Assembly: GCA_963664015.2 (NCBI GenBank)
Contig: CAXXLF010000002.1
Coordinates: 2,183,816 to 2,247,815, forward strand
Origin: Candidatus Binatia bacterium
Lineage (GTDB): Bacteria > Desulfobacterota > Binatia > UBA9968 > CAXXLF01
Length of the DNA stretch: 64,000 nt
Direction of reading: 5' to 3'
Shown here: one piece after another, positions 41,714 through 52,087 of the stretch
Layout of the letters: every line of letters starts with the position of its first letter
Numbering within the stretch: the first letter of the stretch is position 1
The notes under the pieces: model-generated
Databases searched by the model: none
Told to the model about the DNA's origin: nothing
The model's input: only the letters and a program-made list of their open reading frames with translations
Program-made: the position numbers and the translations under genes

Positions 41714-42047
41714 CTTGGGAAAGAGGTAGGACGCTACTTCATTTAAAACATAGTCTCAATTCACCTCGAATCCCCCTAAACCTTTAAAAACGTTATCTAA
41801 TCGGCAGATGCAACGGTCTCTGTCTTCGCCTCCCAAGCCTATCCTTATATGATCCAATATATCGCAAATGGACCTTCTAAATCTACTGTAAGAATTCGTT
41901 AGATAGGTATGACTCCAACAGACCTTTTCTCGCCAAGATCATGACGTTAGGCGCGGCATGTAAAATTAAAATTTTTCGAGGTGCCTTGACAATTAAGGAG
42001 CTTTGTTTGATAGGCTCGGGGCCAATTTAATTAACAGGAGTGAATCT

Positions 42048-43292
42048 ATGGCGACAGCCAGTGATCCGGGGAATGCTAGCTCAACAAATCAAAGGCGGCT
42101 TAAAATAGGTGTGGTGGGTATCGGTGTCGGTGCTTCTGAAATCTTACCAGCGATGGAAGCAATGCCTCAACTGGAACTCGTCGCTGGTGCCGATGTCAAT
42201 CAGCGAGTGCTGGGAACCTTTCAGGGTCGATACGGCGCGCGGACCTATGACAGCATTGAAAAAATGTGCCAGGATCCGGAAGTGGAGGCGGTGTGGGTTT
42301 CCAGCCCAAACAAGTTTCATGCACCCCACACCATCATTGCTGCAGAACACGGCAAGCATGTGGTGGTGGAAAAACCCATGGCCGTTTCCCTCGAGGAAGC
42401 GGAGAAGATGATCGAGGTTACGGAAAAAAACAACGTCAAACTCCTTTGCGGACATACGCAAAGTTACGGGCCCCACATTCGGACCATGAACCGGATCATC
42501 AAATCGGGAGAACTGGGGAAGCTTTGCGCCCTGAATGTCTGGGCCTATACGGACTGGATGCTCAGACCGAGGACTGCCGAGGAGCTGGATCTTTCTCAAG
42601 GGGGAGGAATGGCGTATCGCCAAGGACCCCATCAGATCGATACTCTGCGCTTACTGGGTGGGGGGATGGTTAAAAGTGTACGCGGCATGGCTGGGCAGTG
42701 GTTTGCTGGCCGTTCTATCCCCGGGTATTACTCCGGTTACCTGGAGTTCGAGGACGGTACTCCCGCATCCTTTATGCATAACGGCTATGGTTACTTTCTG
42801 ACCTCCGAGCTGGTCTCATGGGGTACCAATCGGAGCCGTTATACGCCGGAAGAGAGAGGGACCATCCGAAAAGGACTACTGGACGGCACCAGGGATGAGA
42901 CTAAAGCAAAGGATGCCATGCGTATCGGTGGTGCCCAGGAGCAACAGCTCTTTCGCCGAGCAGGAGGGGAGCGCAGGCCGTGGGTGCCCAATGACCTGGG
43001 CATCCTGGTGGCCACCTGTGAACGGGGAGATATTCGGCAGTCCCAGTTTGGGCTCTTTGTCTACGGGGACGACGGGATCAAAGATGTTCCACTTCCCGAA
43101 GGAGGTGCCTCCCGTCGCGGCGAATTAGTGGAGCTCTACAACGCCGTAGTCGAGGGTAAGCCGATTTATCATACGGGTCGATGGGGCATGGCTACCCTTG
43201 AAGTCTGCTTAGCGATCATGCAGTCCGGACGCGAACGAAAGGAAATTTTTCTGTCCCGCCAGGTACCAGCTCCACAAGAGGATGATGATTGA
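42048..43292 (+). CDS. Gfo/Idh/MocA oxidoreductase (cis-dihydrodiol dehydrogenase-like)
   Basis: KIGVVGIG, GKHVVVEKPMA, YTDWMLRPR..EEL, RQGPHQID, WGMATLEVC. Confidence 0.9.
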   Translation: MATASDPGNASSTNQRRLKIGVVGIGVGASEILPAMEAMPQLELVAGADVNQRVLGTFQGRYGARTYDSIEKMCQDPEVEAVWVSSPNKFHAPHTIIAAEHGKHVVVEKPMAVSLEEAEKMIEVTEKNNVKLLCGHTQSYGPHIRTMNRIIKSGELGKLCALNVWAYTDWMLRPRTAEELDLSQGGGMAYRQGPHQIDTLRLLGGGMVKSVRGMAGQWFAGRSIPGYYSGYLEFEDGTPASFMHNGYGYFLTSELVSWGTNRSRYTPEERGTIRKGLLDGTRDETKAKDAMRIGGAQEQQLFRRAGGERRPWVPNDLGILVATCERGDIRQSQFGLFVYGDDGIKDVPLPEGGASRRGELVELYNAVVEGKPIYHTGRWGMATLEVCLAIMQSGRERKEIFLSRQVPAPQEDDD

Positions 43293-43349
43293 ATAGAGAC
43301 GACAACAATTTCATGTTACACTTCAGCTAAGAATTGGAAGGAGATAAGT

Positions 43350-44339
43350 ATGCATAATGGTTACAAGGTAGTTGATGTTCACGGGCATATGACGACGCCA
43401 CCCCAATTCCGGGGACACCTGGCAGGGATGGTTGCCCAGAATACGGCAGGTTGGGGAAAATTAGATATTTCCGATGAGGAATTGGAAGCGGCCCAAGGTC
43501 GTCATTTGAAGGTTATGGATGAAAGAAATATCGACCTTCAGTTGCTTGGCCCGCGGCCCATCGCCATGTGGCATTGGCTGCGTCCATTTCTCCAAGATGA
43601 CTGGTGTACGAAAACCAACGACGTGATTGCTCGGATCTGCAAATTGCATCCCGATCGTTTTGTCGGCATGGCGCAGTTGCCGCAAAACCGCGACCGGGAT
43701 ACCCGCAGTTGCATTCCCGAGTTCGAAAGGTGTGTAAAGGAGCTGGGTTTTGTCGGGGGCTATGTGAATCCCGACCCGGGAGCGGATAAGCAGACGCCGG
43801 GTATGGCAGATGAGTACTGGTATCCGATTTACGAAAAGTCGCAGGAGCTGGATGCCCCCCTCATGGTTCACCCCTCCATGAGCCATGATCCCCGGATTGA
43901 ACACATCCCAGCCAACTACCAGATGAACAATTACACGGAAGAGTTCCTGGCAATGCACATCCTGGGCCACAGCAAAGTATTTGAAATCTTCCCACGTCTG
44001 AAGATTCTCATCTGTCATTGCGGTGGCGCACTGAACCGCTTTATCCCGACGGATCCTCACAATTCTCAGACGGACCTCAAGAATAATCTTTACTATGACG
44101 CCTGCGCATATGACAAAGATTTCTTAGCCGCTGCCATCAAGCAAAGGGGAGTCGATCAGATGTGTTTTGGGACGGAGGCCCCGGGGTCGGGGGGTGCCAA
44201 ACGACCTGACACGGGTCGGCCGTCCGATGATCTAGTTCCTGTCATCGATAGTTTGGAATTTTTAACTGCTGACGATAAGGAAAAGATCTTTCACAAAAAC
44301 CCATTAAAGGTTTTCCCCCGGGTCAAGCTGTTAGCCTAG
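43350..44339 (+). CDS. Amidohydrolase-2 family protein (LigJ/4-oxalomesaconate hydratase-like)
   Basis: VDVHGH, QLPQ, NPDP, WYPIYEK..ELD.P.MVH, HCGG, FGTEAPG. Confidence 0.85.
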   Translation: MHNGYKVVDVHGHMTTPPQFRGHLAGMVAQNTAGWGKLDISDEELEAAQGRHLKVMDERNIDLQLLGPRPIAMWHWLRPFLQDDWCTKTNDVIARICKLHPDRFVGMAQLPQNRDRDTRSCIPEFERCVKELGFVGGYVNPDPGADKQTPGMADEYWYPIYEKSQELDAPLMVHPSMSHDPRIEHIPANYQMNNYTEEFLAMHILGHSKVFEIFPRLKILICHCGGALNRFIPTDPHNSQTDLKNNLYYDACAYDKDFLAAAIKQRGVDQMCFGTEAPGSGGAKRPDTGRPSDDLVPVIDSLEFLTADDKEKIFHKNPLKVFPRVKLLA

Positions 44340-44363
44340 TCAAGAGGTAGGCGGGTTTATGCA

Positions 44364-44404
44364 AGCAGGGGATCGGTCAATCCAGTCCCCTGCTCTTGTT
44401 TTTT
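44364..44404 (+). terminator. Intrinsic terminator
   Basis: AGCAGGGGA...TCCCCTGCT stem followed by T-rich tract after stop codon. Confidence 0.65.
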
Positions 44405-44406
44405 CC

Positions 44407-44444
44407 GCCTTCGCAGCCGAAGCGGCTGCTTCGGCTGAATAGGC
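44407..44444. repeat. 38-bp palindromic REP/MITE-like element
   Basis: GCCTTCG CAGCCGAAGC GGCT GCTTCGGCTG AATAGGC: perfect 10-bp hairpin with GCCT..AGGC ends. Confidence 0.5.
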
Positions 44445-44729
44445 AAGGAGGGTGCGACCGCGGATTCCGTTAAAGAAACGATGGATACCACGGGCGAAGC
44501 ACGTGGAGGCTTCATCCGCCATTGGTACATTCCACTTTAAACAGTTGAATTCGGTCAGATACAAAAGGTTCCTAGCATCCCCCCATGGATGGGCTCTATC
44601 GTAAATTCTGATTTTCATTTGTAAGTGCACGTGGTGTGATGTCATCGACTCCGATGTTGAAAAATTTCTCTAGTTTCTGTCAACGACAATCGATCATGGT
44701 CTTGTTGCCGAGCAATCTCGGACGGGGGC

Positions 44730-44776
44730 GACCCATATATGGGCTCGCTCGATAAATTTCCTACAATATCTTGTTT
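44730..44776. promoter_or_regulatory. Tandem NrdR-box-like motifs
   Basis: CCATATATGG (44733) and CAATATCTTG (44764) cores, 31 bp apart. Confidence 0.5.
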
Positions 44777-44899
44777 TTGGTCTTAACATGATTTGGCTTA
44801 ATGAGTATGGAAATTCACAACAAACCTCCTGCGCGTAAAAAAGATGTTTCCCCCTATAATGGTGAGTCAAAACTTTGGACTAAGTAAGGAGGAACCACA

Positions 44900-45208
44900 A
44901 TGGAACAAGTCGAACAGGGGCTATCCGGTCTGACCGAGCGTATCAACCGTTACGGACAGGAAACCCGTTTCATCTCTGAGGAGGTTCTTGATGGAAACCG
45001 TGAGCCTTCGGCGGAAGAGTTTAGGACCCGGATCACTGGAGCCCCGGATCGCATCTACCGCGAAGCTCTAGAAACCTACGATCGCATCGTGAAGGCGGGT
45101 CAAGAGATCGAGCAGGACTTGATGAACAAGCTGAATCAGATCAAAGAAACCATGGGTCGGGCATCAGTGCTAAAGGAAGTAATCCGAGTCGTCGTGATGG
45201 GCCAGTAG
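44900..45208 (+). CDS. Hypothetical helical/coiled-coil protein
   Basis: AAGGAGG RBS, TATAAT upstream, 102 aa amphipathic helices. Confidence 0.75.
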   Translation: MEQVEQGLSGLTERINRYGQETRFISEEVLDGNREPSAEEFRTRITGAPDRIYREALETYDRIVKAGQEIEQDLMNKLNQIKETMGRASVLKEVIRVVVMGQ

Positions 45209-45368
45209 AGCCCTGACGAGCAACACCCGTAAGTGGCTGAAGGGCCAGTAGGCCTTCACGCCATAGAGCATAAAGGCTTCCCTTTTCCCCCCGAAGTCCG
45301 CCGGGGATTCCCTTCACATTTGAGTCGCCAGCTGTAGTCTTTTCGGTCTGCAGTGTGTTGAGACAGAG

Positions 45369-45401
45369 ACATGCCCTGGCCCCTTACGGCCCAGGGCATG
45401 T
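45369..45401. terminator. Hairpin between convergent genes
   Basis: ACATGCCCTGG / CCAGGGCATGT 11-bp stem. Confidence 0.55.
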
Positions 45402-45412
45402 GACGGACTGTT

Positions 45413-46498
45413 TCATCCCGGGATATTCAAGTTGTAGAATCGCTCCGCATTGCCGTGTAGGACGGCGTGTTTGTCGTCATCGGTCATGCCCTGGTGCTCT
45501 ATGATCTCTTGAATTTCCCCTCTGCAGTACTCGTTGTTGACTTCATGGGGGAAATCGCTCGAGAACATGAAGGGCTTGTTACCGACGGTCTGTATGGCGT
45601 GAGGCAAGGTGGGTTCGGTGCCCTCACAACCGATAAAAAATCTACCCTCATCGATGTATCGCTGAACGTAAGCACTCACTTTCTCACCGGGCTTCAATTT
45701 AATAAACTCATTGCGGGGATCGTACTGGATATGGGTCTCCCATCCGCGGTCAAACCGTTCCAGGCAAGTCTGAAACCAGGAAACACCCCCCTCCATAAAC
45801 CCGATGCGCACGTTGGGGTATTTATCGAATATCCCGTTGAATACGATCCCGGCCATCCCAACCATCAAGCTGACGGGGTGTCCCAGGGAGTTGATTGGGG
45901 CGTAAGGGGTTAGGTAGTCCATCCCCAGACCCTCATGGGCGCCGCCATGGACGGCCAGGCAGCAACCCAATCGACTGGCCTCTGCATAAACCGGCCAGTA
46001 CTCCTTGGCCCCCAGGTGGCCCTTGTGCCCCATTGAGGCAAGCATGGCGCCGCAAAATCCAAGCTCTTCGACAATACGACGAAGTTCCTTGACGGCCTCA
46101 TCAGGCTCTTGCAGCGGTATCAGACCGAGCCCCTGAAACCGGGGGCTCCGCTTCAAATAGGTTTCGTGGAACCAGTTGTTGTAGGCCATTGCCGAGGCGA
46201 TGGCGAAGTCCCCGTTGATGACCTTACCGAAGGCGAGCCCTCCCGTAGTGTAAAGGACCGCATGCTTGATGCCCACGTCCTCCATGAATTCAATCCAGCC
46301 ATCCACGCCCACCTGTTTGAAGGCCCCCGGGACGAGTTCGTGCAGGTTGGCCGAATGCAGGTGATCGAGGGGGGGGAAGAAGCGTCCCTTAAATCGGCCG
46401 CTCTTTATATAAGGTTCAGGAAGGAACTTCACCAGGGAATCCCAGTCTTCCATAACGTGTCCATCTGCGTCTATCACTTCGAATTGTGTACTAGCCAT
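45413..46498 (-). CDS. Amidohydrolase-2 family protein
   Basis: IDADGHVME, AYNNW, VHGG, FMEGG..W, FSSDFPHE, NAERFY. Confidence 0.9.
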   Translation of the reverse strand: MASTQFEVIDADGHVMEDWDSLVKFLPEPYIKSGRFKGRFFPPLDHLHSANLHELVPGAFKQVGVDGWIEFMEDVGIKHAVLYTTGGLAFGKVINGDFAIASAMAYNNWFHETYLKRSPRFQGLGLIPLQEPDEAVKELRRIVEELGFCGAMLASMGHKGHLGAKEYWPVYAEASRLGCCLAVHGGAHEGLGMDYLTPYAPINSLGHPVSLMVGMAGIVFNGIFDKYPNVRIGFMEGGVSWFQTCLERFDRGWETHIQYDPRNEFIKLKPGEKVSAYVQRYIDEGRFFIGCEGTEPTLPHAIQTVGNKPFMFSSDFPHEVNNEYCRGEIQEIIEHQGMTDDDKHAVLHGNAERFYNLNIPG

Positions 46499-46645
46499 AC
46501 GGATACCTCCCGTGTTTTTGGTTAATAGGGGTTGAGTTTTAAATTTTCAATGGCGGGGTCGCAGGCTGCCCCGCTTCATTCTAGGGTACTTTTTCGCATA
46601 ATATCCTGATCGAGGCAAGTCACCCTTCTGGCCTGCCGATTTTAT

Positions 46646-47632
46646 CTATGGCAATTGGCGGTAACGCCCTGTCTTCAAGAATTCAATGTACTCACGGAAC
46701 CCTCGTTCGACATCGTACTCGGGGACATAGCCAAACTGGTCCCTGGCTCGAGGGTCCGGCTCCACGGGGCCGCCCTTTTCCGGGGGTTCCGGGGCATCTA
46801 TCCGGGCCCCTGGAATGAGCTTCATGAGACGCTGGGCGATCTCAAACATCGTCAGTTGCTCCTTTGGAGAAATACGGAATACCCAATCTTCCAGAGTTTC
46901 TGAAAGGGTGGCCAGCATGGCCGCCCTCCCGGCGTCCCGTGCGTAGAGCATTCCCGTCGGGCGCAACGACGGCTCCGGCTCGATCTCTGGAGGCGCCGAG
47001 GTCAGGGCGGCATCCCGCCGCGAAACCTTGACAGGCTCCCCCCTCAGGGCCGCCTCTATGATGGGTTTGATCCCTCGCCCTGACCCGCCGGCAAAGTCGT
47101 ATCCCGGTCCAAAAAGCTGGGAGAAGTGGAGGACGATCACATCCAGGTGATACAACTGCCGGTAGTCATTGCACAGGAGTTCCGTCAGGAGCTTGTAGTT
47201 TGTATAGGGGTCCGCCTTGACACCGATCTTTCCCGTCCCGACGGACTTGGCGACCTGTGCCGCGGTAAATCTGGTCTTACCGGTGCTAACATGGACCACC
47301 CGGTTTAGCTTCAATGCCCGTGCGGTCTCCAGGACGTTCAAGGTCCCCAGAACCATGGTTTGGGCCGCTGCGTAAGGACGCTCGTACGCGGGTCCGGTCA
47401 GGAAACTCGCCGTGTGGAGAATACGCTCCACCTCATGCTCCCGGACCGTTCGCATCAACTCGGGGGCGTTGGTGATATCTCCCTTAATGAGTACCACGCG
47501 GTCCAGGATGTCCTGAAGCAGCTCGGTCCTCAAGACAAGGTCATAGGCCACCACTTGATGACCCATATTTACCGCCTGACGCACAGCAAAGGAGCCCCCG
47601 AGGCCACATCCACCTGTTACGAGAACTGTCAT
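46646..47632 (-). CDS. NAD-dependent epimerase/dehydratase (extended SDR)
   Basis: VLVTGGCGLGG, GDIT, GTLNVLE, YTNYK. Confidence 0.88.
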   Translation of the reverse strand: MTVLVTGGCGLGGSFAVRQAVNMGHQVVAYDLVLRTELLQDILDRVVLIKGDITNAPELMRTVREHEVERILHTASFLTGPAYERPYAAAQTMVLGTLNVLETARALKLNRVVHVSTGKTRFTAAQVAKSVGTGKIGVKADPYTNYKLLTELLCNDYRQLYHLDVIVLHFSQLFGPGYDFAGGSGRGIKPIIEAALRGEPVKVSRRDAALTSAPPEIEPEPSLRPTGMLYARDAGRAAMLATLSETLEDWVFRISPKEQLTMFEIAQRLMKLIPGARIDAPEPPEKGGPVEPDPRARDQFGYVPEYDVERGFREYIEFLKTGRYRQLP

Positions 47633-47799
47633 TGTTTACCCCGTGCAACCAGATTTAATTCTTTAAAGCGAAGCAGAGATCACAGTGCTTCTAACACCGA
47701 CGCGATGTTTTATCAAGATTTTGTCAGCCACGGAAAATTAAACCACTGGATGTCTTCCCCAAGAATGACAGCGATCATCCTACAGATCAATCTGATGAG

Positions 47800-48323
47800 A
47801 TGCCCTTTTCAGCGTTCTGCCCGTCTCGTCGTGTTGTTATCGCCGCGGCCCTACTCTTGGTCCTGTTTATGAGCTTCCTTCTGCTCCTACCGGAAGTGGT
47901 TCGGCGAGTCATGGTTTACCAGCTCAATGAGCGCCTGGTGCATCCTGTCCGTATTGGAGACGTGGATCCCAATCCCTTTACCGGTAACGCTCGTGCCGAA
48001 AACCTGGTCATAGCAAACACCGGTAGCCCTTCACCACTCGAGCAACTAGCGAGCCTCGATGTGGGCATCTCATACTGGGGCCAGCTGCAAGGGGAAGCCT
48101 ACTCAGATCGGTACCGATACGCGTCAAGGAGCAATACCTGTTGGAGAGGATACAGATTACCGATGAAAACCTCCGTAAGTTAGCACACGAACGTGCCCGA
48201 GTCATCGAACGGGCCCTTGTCCAGCGAGGGGTCACGGTTGAAAGGCTCTTTGTCGTCAGCAAAGACGAACGGGCCGTGACGGACACGTTGCCTGGGCGAA
48301 CAGAATTCAAAGTCTTGTATTGA
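47800..48323 (+). pseudogene. DUF748-like protein remnant (N-terminus and OmpA-like C-terminal tail joined by internal deletion)
   Basis: TM..VRIGDVDPNPFTG N-terminus; ITDENLRKLAHERARVI..L..GV..ERLF..RTEF C-terminus only ~350 bp later. Confidence 0.65.
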
Positions 48324-48449
48324 CTCGCGCCGTCCGGACATGGGTTGGCCATTGACACGGCGCGGTTCTTTGAATACTCTCGCCTGACAAATTTTAAAAC
48401 TCCGCTCGTCAGTTTGAAACGCGAGCCTGATAGAGGAAAGGAGCCTTTC

Positions 48450-48716
48450 ATGGAACCACCGTATCCGGATCTCAAGGAGCCCTATATCGTGAAGCAGGTT
48501 TCGAAAAGCAAGGCTTACTGCATGTGCAGCCGCAGCAAAAACCTGCCCTTTTGCGACGACTCTCATCTCGCCACCAATATCCAGCCGAAGGTCTTGGAGT
48601 TTGACTCTCCTACGACGATCGCCATCTGCAGCTGTTGGAAGTCGCAAAACCGCCCCTACTGCGATGGTACCCACGGAAGGCTCGTTGTGGATAAATCCGG
48701 CCAAGGTTATAGATAA
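48450..48716 (+). CDS. Two-motif CDGSH iron-sulfur protein (CISD3/MiNT-like)
   Basis: CMCSRSKNLPFCDDSH and CSCWKSQNRPYCDGTH; AAGGAG RBS. Confidence 0.9.
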   Translation: MEPPYPDLKEPYIVKQVSKSKAYCMCSRSKNLPFCDDSHLATNIQPKVLEFDSPTTIAICSCWKSQNRPYCDGTHGRLVVDKSGQGYR

Positions 48717-48800
48717 GGGGCTGGGGCGAGGCCGATCCATGGAATGTACTGGAACATTATCAATATTTAGAAAAGTACAAATAGCATAGGAGGTTCGATC

Positions 48801-49187
48801 ATGGTGGATGTAAAGAATCCCTTTGAAATCGTTAACGCCAATCCCGGGAGGCGTCACATCCGGTTGTGGGACACCGAAAACGGATCCTTTTGGGTGATCA
48901 ACGCGGATCCAAACATTCAGGACGATATGCACTATCACGAAAACGACGATCACATCTTCCTGGTCCTGGAGGGAGAGGGCGTGGTGCGCACGCCGGAGAA
49001 TGAAATCCCATTAAAACCCACTGATATTGTCGTTCTGACGGCGCATCAGACCTATCAACTCTGCAATACAGGCAAGAAACGACTTCTATTGCTGGGGGCT
49101 GGGAACCAGCACGTCAAAGGGGAAAAAAGGTATCGGGTGCCCAAGATGTCAACTCATTCACCTGTCACCGAACCTATCGAGGCCTGA
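48801..49187 (+). CDS. Cupin domain protein
   Basis: MHYHENDDHIFLVLEGEG..NTG motif; AGGAGG RBS. Confidence 0.88.
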   Translation: MVDVKNPFEIVNANPGRRHIRLWDTENGSFWVINADPNIQDDMHYHENDDHIFLVLEGEGVVRTPENEIPLKPTDIVVLTAHQTYQLCNTGKKRLLLLGAGNQHVKGEKRYRVPKMSTHSPVTEPIEA

Positions 49188-49329
49188 GGTCTGGGTTGAT
49201 TGGGATCTTTTTCGCAAAGACACGTTTGAACCTTAGAGCGTAGTGTGCATATTCGATAGCGGCGGCGGTCATGTTCCAGAGTGCGCTCAGCATGGAGACT
49301 AGCCTTTAAGGCCCTGGTTGGAGGAAAGT

Positions 49330-49837
49330 ATGCAGTGAGGACTCTTTTACCTCCGGACGTCGTTACTGGATACCCCGGGGAAGAGTGCACAGCTCCTTCA
49401 GACGGTTATCGGTCAAACACAATACGGGGAGGAACTGGGATTCCATTCGGTATGGCTTGCCGAACATCATTTTCGAGCCTTCGGCCGGATATTCGCCTCG
49501 CCCACCCTGATCAGCACCGCCATCGCTCAAAAGACGCGGACCATATGCATTGTCTCCGCCGTTGTTCTGCTGCCGTTTCATAACCCCCTCAGGATCGCCG
49601 AGGACTACGCTACGCTGGATCTTTTGAGTAACGGTCGTCTCGAGTTCGGTGTCGGTCACGGCTGTATTAAGTGGGAAGCATTGACCCTCGGTGTTCCCCT
49701 CGAAGAGCTTCACGGGCGTTTCCGGGAAAACCTGAAAAATCGTTATTAAGGCATGGACCGAACATGAGATGAGCTACCAGGGTCACCTTTATCACTAAGA
49801 CAAAGTCTCGGTTTGGCCGAAGCCGCTCCAGCAGCCC
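49330..49837 (+). pseudogene. LLM-class flavin-dependent oxidoreductase remnant (not in ORF track)
   Basis: Manual: EELGFHSVWLAEHHF, VLLPFHNPLRIAEDYATLDLLSNGRLEFGVG, VWPKPLQQP; stops and frameshifts. Confidence 0.85.
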
Positions 49838-50062
49838 GATCTCATTGCTCTGGATCTAACGTTGCCCGATATGGACGGACTCGGGGCTGCGCGGCGTATC
49901 CGCGAGCACCCGGCAACCTGTTTCATTCCCATACTTGCACTGACGGCGCGATCCCTTTTCGACGACAGAAAACGCCACCTGCAAGACGGCTGTGAAGACT
50001 GCATCTACCAGCCGTTCGCCAATACGTTTCTCGTATCCCGTGTTGAGAGACTGTTGGAGTAA
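49832..50062 (+). pseudogene. Single-domain response regulator remnant (C-terminal part)
   Basis: QPDLIALDLTLPDMDGL..RRIR..IPILALTA..GC..I.QPF; conserved Lys lost, N-terminus absent. Confidence 0.8.
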
Positions 50063-50501
50063 GGGCGGGTTATTTGTCCGAACCAGGATGGTCGCCTAGG
50101 ACCTTGGGGACCTTTTTGTTGAAATGGAAGGGGGGTGACATTGCTCGCTGCGTAGAATTGGCCAAGGGCAAAAAGGCATAAGCAACCCACTATCGAAACG
50201 ACAATGACGGTTCGAATTTCCCGCCCAGCTCTCATTAACCTAGGTAAGCCGACATCGGATATTCATTTCGCGTCCGGTTTTTCCAAGAGCCGAGCGTATG
50301 GCGCTTCCTAAATTTCGAATTCCCAACCTCGGGCAGCACGGTGTATAAACCTCGACCAACGGTCTCAATATTGTGAACTTTCTTTAAACAGAGTTCCTAA
50401 TTTAATGTACTTATCTACCTAGTAGACCCGGAAATTGATATGGGGTATACGAATGTGTAAGGAGCAGGATGGAAGTCTAACACCAGATACGGGAGGTTCC
50501 A

Positions 50502-51137
50502 ATGATCGAGCTGACGCCGAATGGTATCGAAGAGTATGCAACGCGCCATACCACCCCATTGTCCGAAATCCATGAGCGTTTGTGGCGTGAGACGCACGAG
50601 AAGACGACTCGGCCGCAAATGATGGTTGGCCCCCTGGAAGGAGCACTGCTCAGGTTTCTTGCGCGGCTTACCCAGGCGCGCAGAATTCTAGAGATCGGAA
50701 TGTTCACGGGATATAGCAGTCTCGCATGGGCGGAGGGGCTTCCACCCGACGGGCAGCTGATCACGCTGGATGTCGATCCGAAGACAGCCGAAATTGCCAA
50801 GCGCTATTTCAGTGAAAGCCCGCATGGCAAAAAGATCGACCTGAGGCTTGGACCGGCCCTGGACTCCCTGAAAACATTAAAGGGACCTTTCGACCTGTGC
50901 TTTATTGACGCGGATAAGACCGAATACCCTGTGTACTACGAAATCTGCATCGGGCTGGTGCGTCAGGGAGGACTGATCGTGCTGGACAACATGGTGCAGC
51001 GGGGCCAGGTACTCAACCCCAAGGACGAGCGAAGCCGTGAAATTAGAGATCTGAATCAACGTATCCTGGATGATCCGAGAGTTGAGAACGTCCTACTCCC
51101 GTTACGCGATGGCATCATGCTGGTGTATAAGCTTTAA
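50502..51137 (+). CDS. Class I SAM-dependent O-methyltransferase (CCoAOMT/YrrM-like)
   Basis: MMVGPLEG, LEIGMFTGYS, FDLCFIDADK, LIVLDN, LPLRDG. Confidence 0.93.
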   Translation: MIELTPNGIEEYATRHTTPLSEIHERLWRETHEKTTRPQMMVGPLEGALLRFLARLTQARRILEIGMFTGYSSLAWAEGLPPDGQLITLDVDPKTAEIAKRYFSESPHGKKIDLRLGPALDSLKTLKGPFDLCFIDADKTEYPVYYEICIGLVRQGGLIVLDNMVQRGQVLNPKDERSREIRDLNQRILDDPRVENVLLPLRDGIMLVYKL

Positions 51138-51296
51138 AGGCTTGGAGAGATGGGCGGGTTCGCAACGTGGCGCTTATGACACGGACGAGGGATGGACGAA
51201 TTAAGAGAGCAATAGATCAATAGCCCGCATTTAGGCATTTTCCATTATTCCAATGTCAAATGATTCAATGCTCTAAATTTTTGCTGTGCAAGAATT

Positions 51297-51343
51297 TGGT
51301 GGAGCCGATCGGGATCGAACCGAGTACCTCTTGAATGCCATTC
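51297..51343 (-). repeat. att site: 3' half of tRNA-Ala(GGC) (not a complete tRNA)
   Basis: Reverse complement GAATGGCATTCAAGAGGTACTCGGTTCGATCCCGATCGGCTCCACCA: anticodon loop GGC, T-arm, CCA; 5' half missing; matches 61712 copy with 2 mismatches. Confidence 0.9.
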
Positions 51344-51862
51344 CCTCCAGGCACTTTTTGAATTCTGCCGTGTCTGTAATGATAAGTAAGGCAGGTTGGT
51401 TACTTACCTCCGATTTGTCCCTACTCACGTATCCCCTCCTTCCCCCTGTTTCCTATTACTCAACTAGCACCAGAGGTAGAATCAGCCAAACGTATCCATT
51501 TGGGCTACCCCTGGCGGGCAGAGCCCCCTCCCTACCCAAGGGCAATATAGGGTTCCTTGCCAGACATTGCGGAAAAACAAAAAGGGGGGAAACAGATAAT
51601 TAGCGAAGAACAGAAGAGAGACATGGAGCAGTATATAAGCACCAATGACCTGATGGAGCTGCTAGTAATATCCAGAAGCACTGTCTATCGGCTTAATGAT
51701 GCCGTCAGAGAACTCAACACCTTCAGACGAAAGCTGCTTGGACGAATCTATGCGGGCCTCGCTGGCGTGGAGCAGGCCTAATGCTTTAAAATGACAGAGG
51801 CAGTGCGGATTGTCCCAAGGGTAAAGTTCTGAACCGTTCCAACGAGAGTAAGCCGATTCATA

Positions 51863-52087
51863 CTAGTTCAGTCCCATACCAATCACTAAACCGATCGCAA
51901 CACCCAGCGCAATAAATACGGACCCCACTACAATTCCCACAGCTATGTTCTGTTCCGCTAACTGCTTCGACGTATCGAATGGAGTCATCTTGTCAAAGAT
52001 CTTATAACCCATGACCATGAACCCCAGCGTTATCAAGGCGCCAACTATGGCGTACGCTAGGTTCAACAGTGTGATAAAAATTTCCAT
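51863..52087 (-). CDS. DUF350 two-TM membrane protein
   Basis: YKIFDKMTPFD..QL...NIAVGIV motif; start overlaps upstream stop (TAATG). Confidence 0.85.
   Translation of the reverse strand: MEIFITLLNLAYAIVGALITLGFMVMGYKIFDKMTPFDTSKQLAEQNIAVGIVVGSVFIALGVAIGLVIGMGLN

Noticed and set aside
51297-51343. Functional tRNA-Ala gene
   Set aside because: Only anticodon loop to CCA is present; no D-arm or 5' acceptor strand in either copy, so both are att remnants
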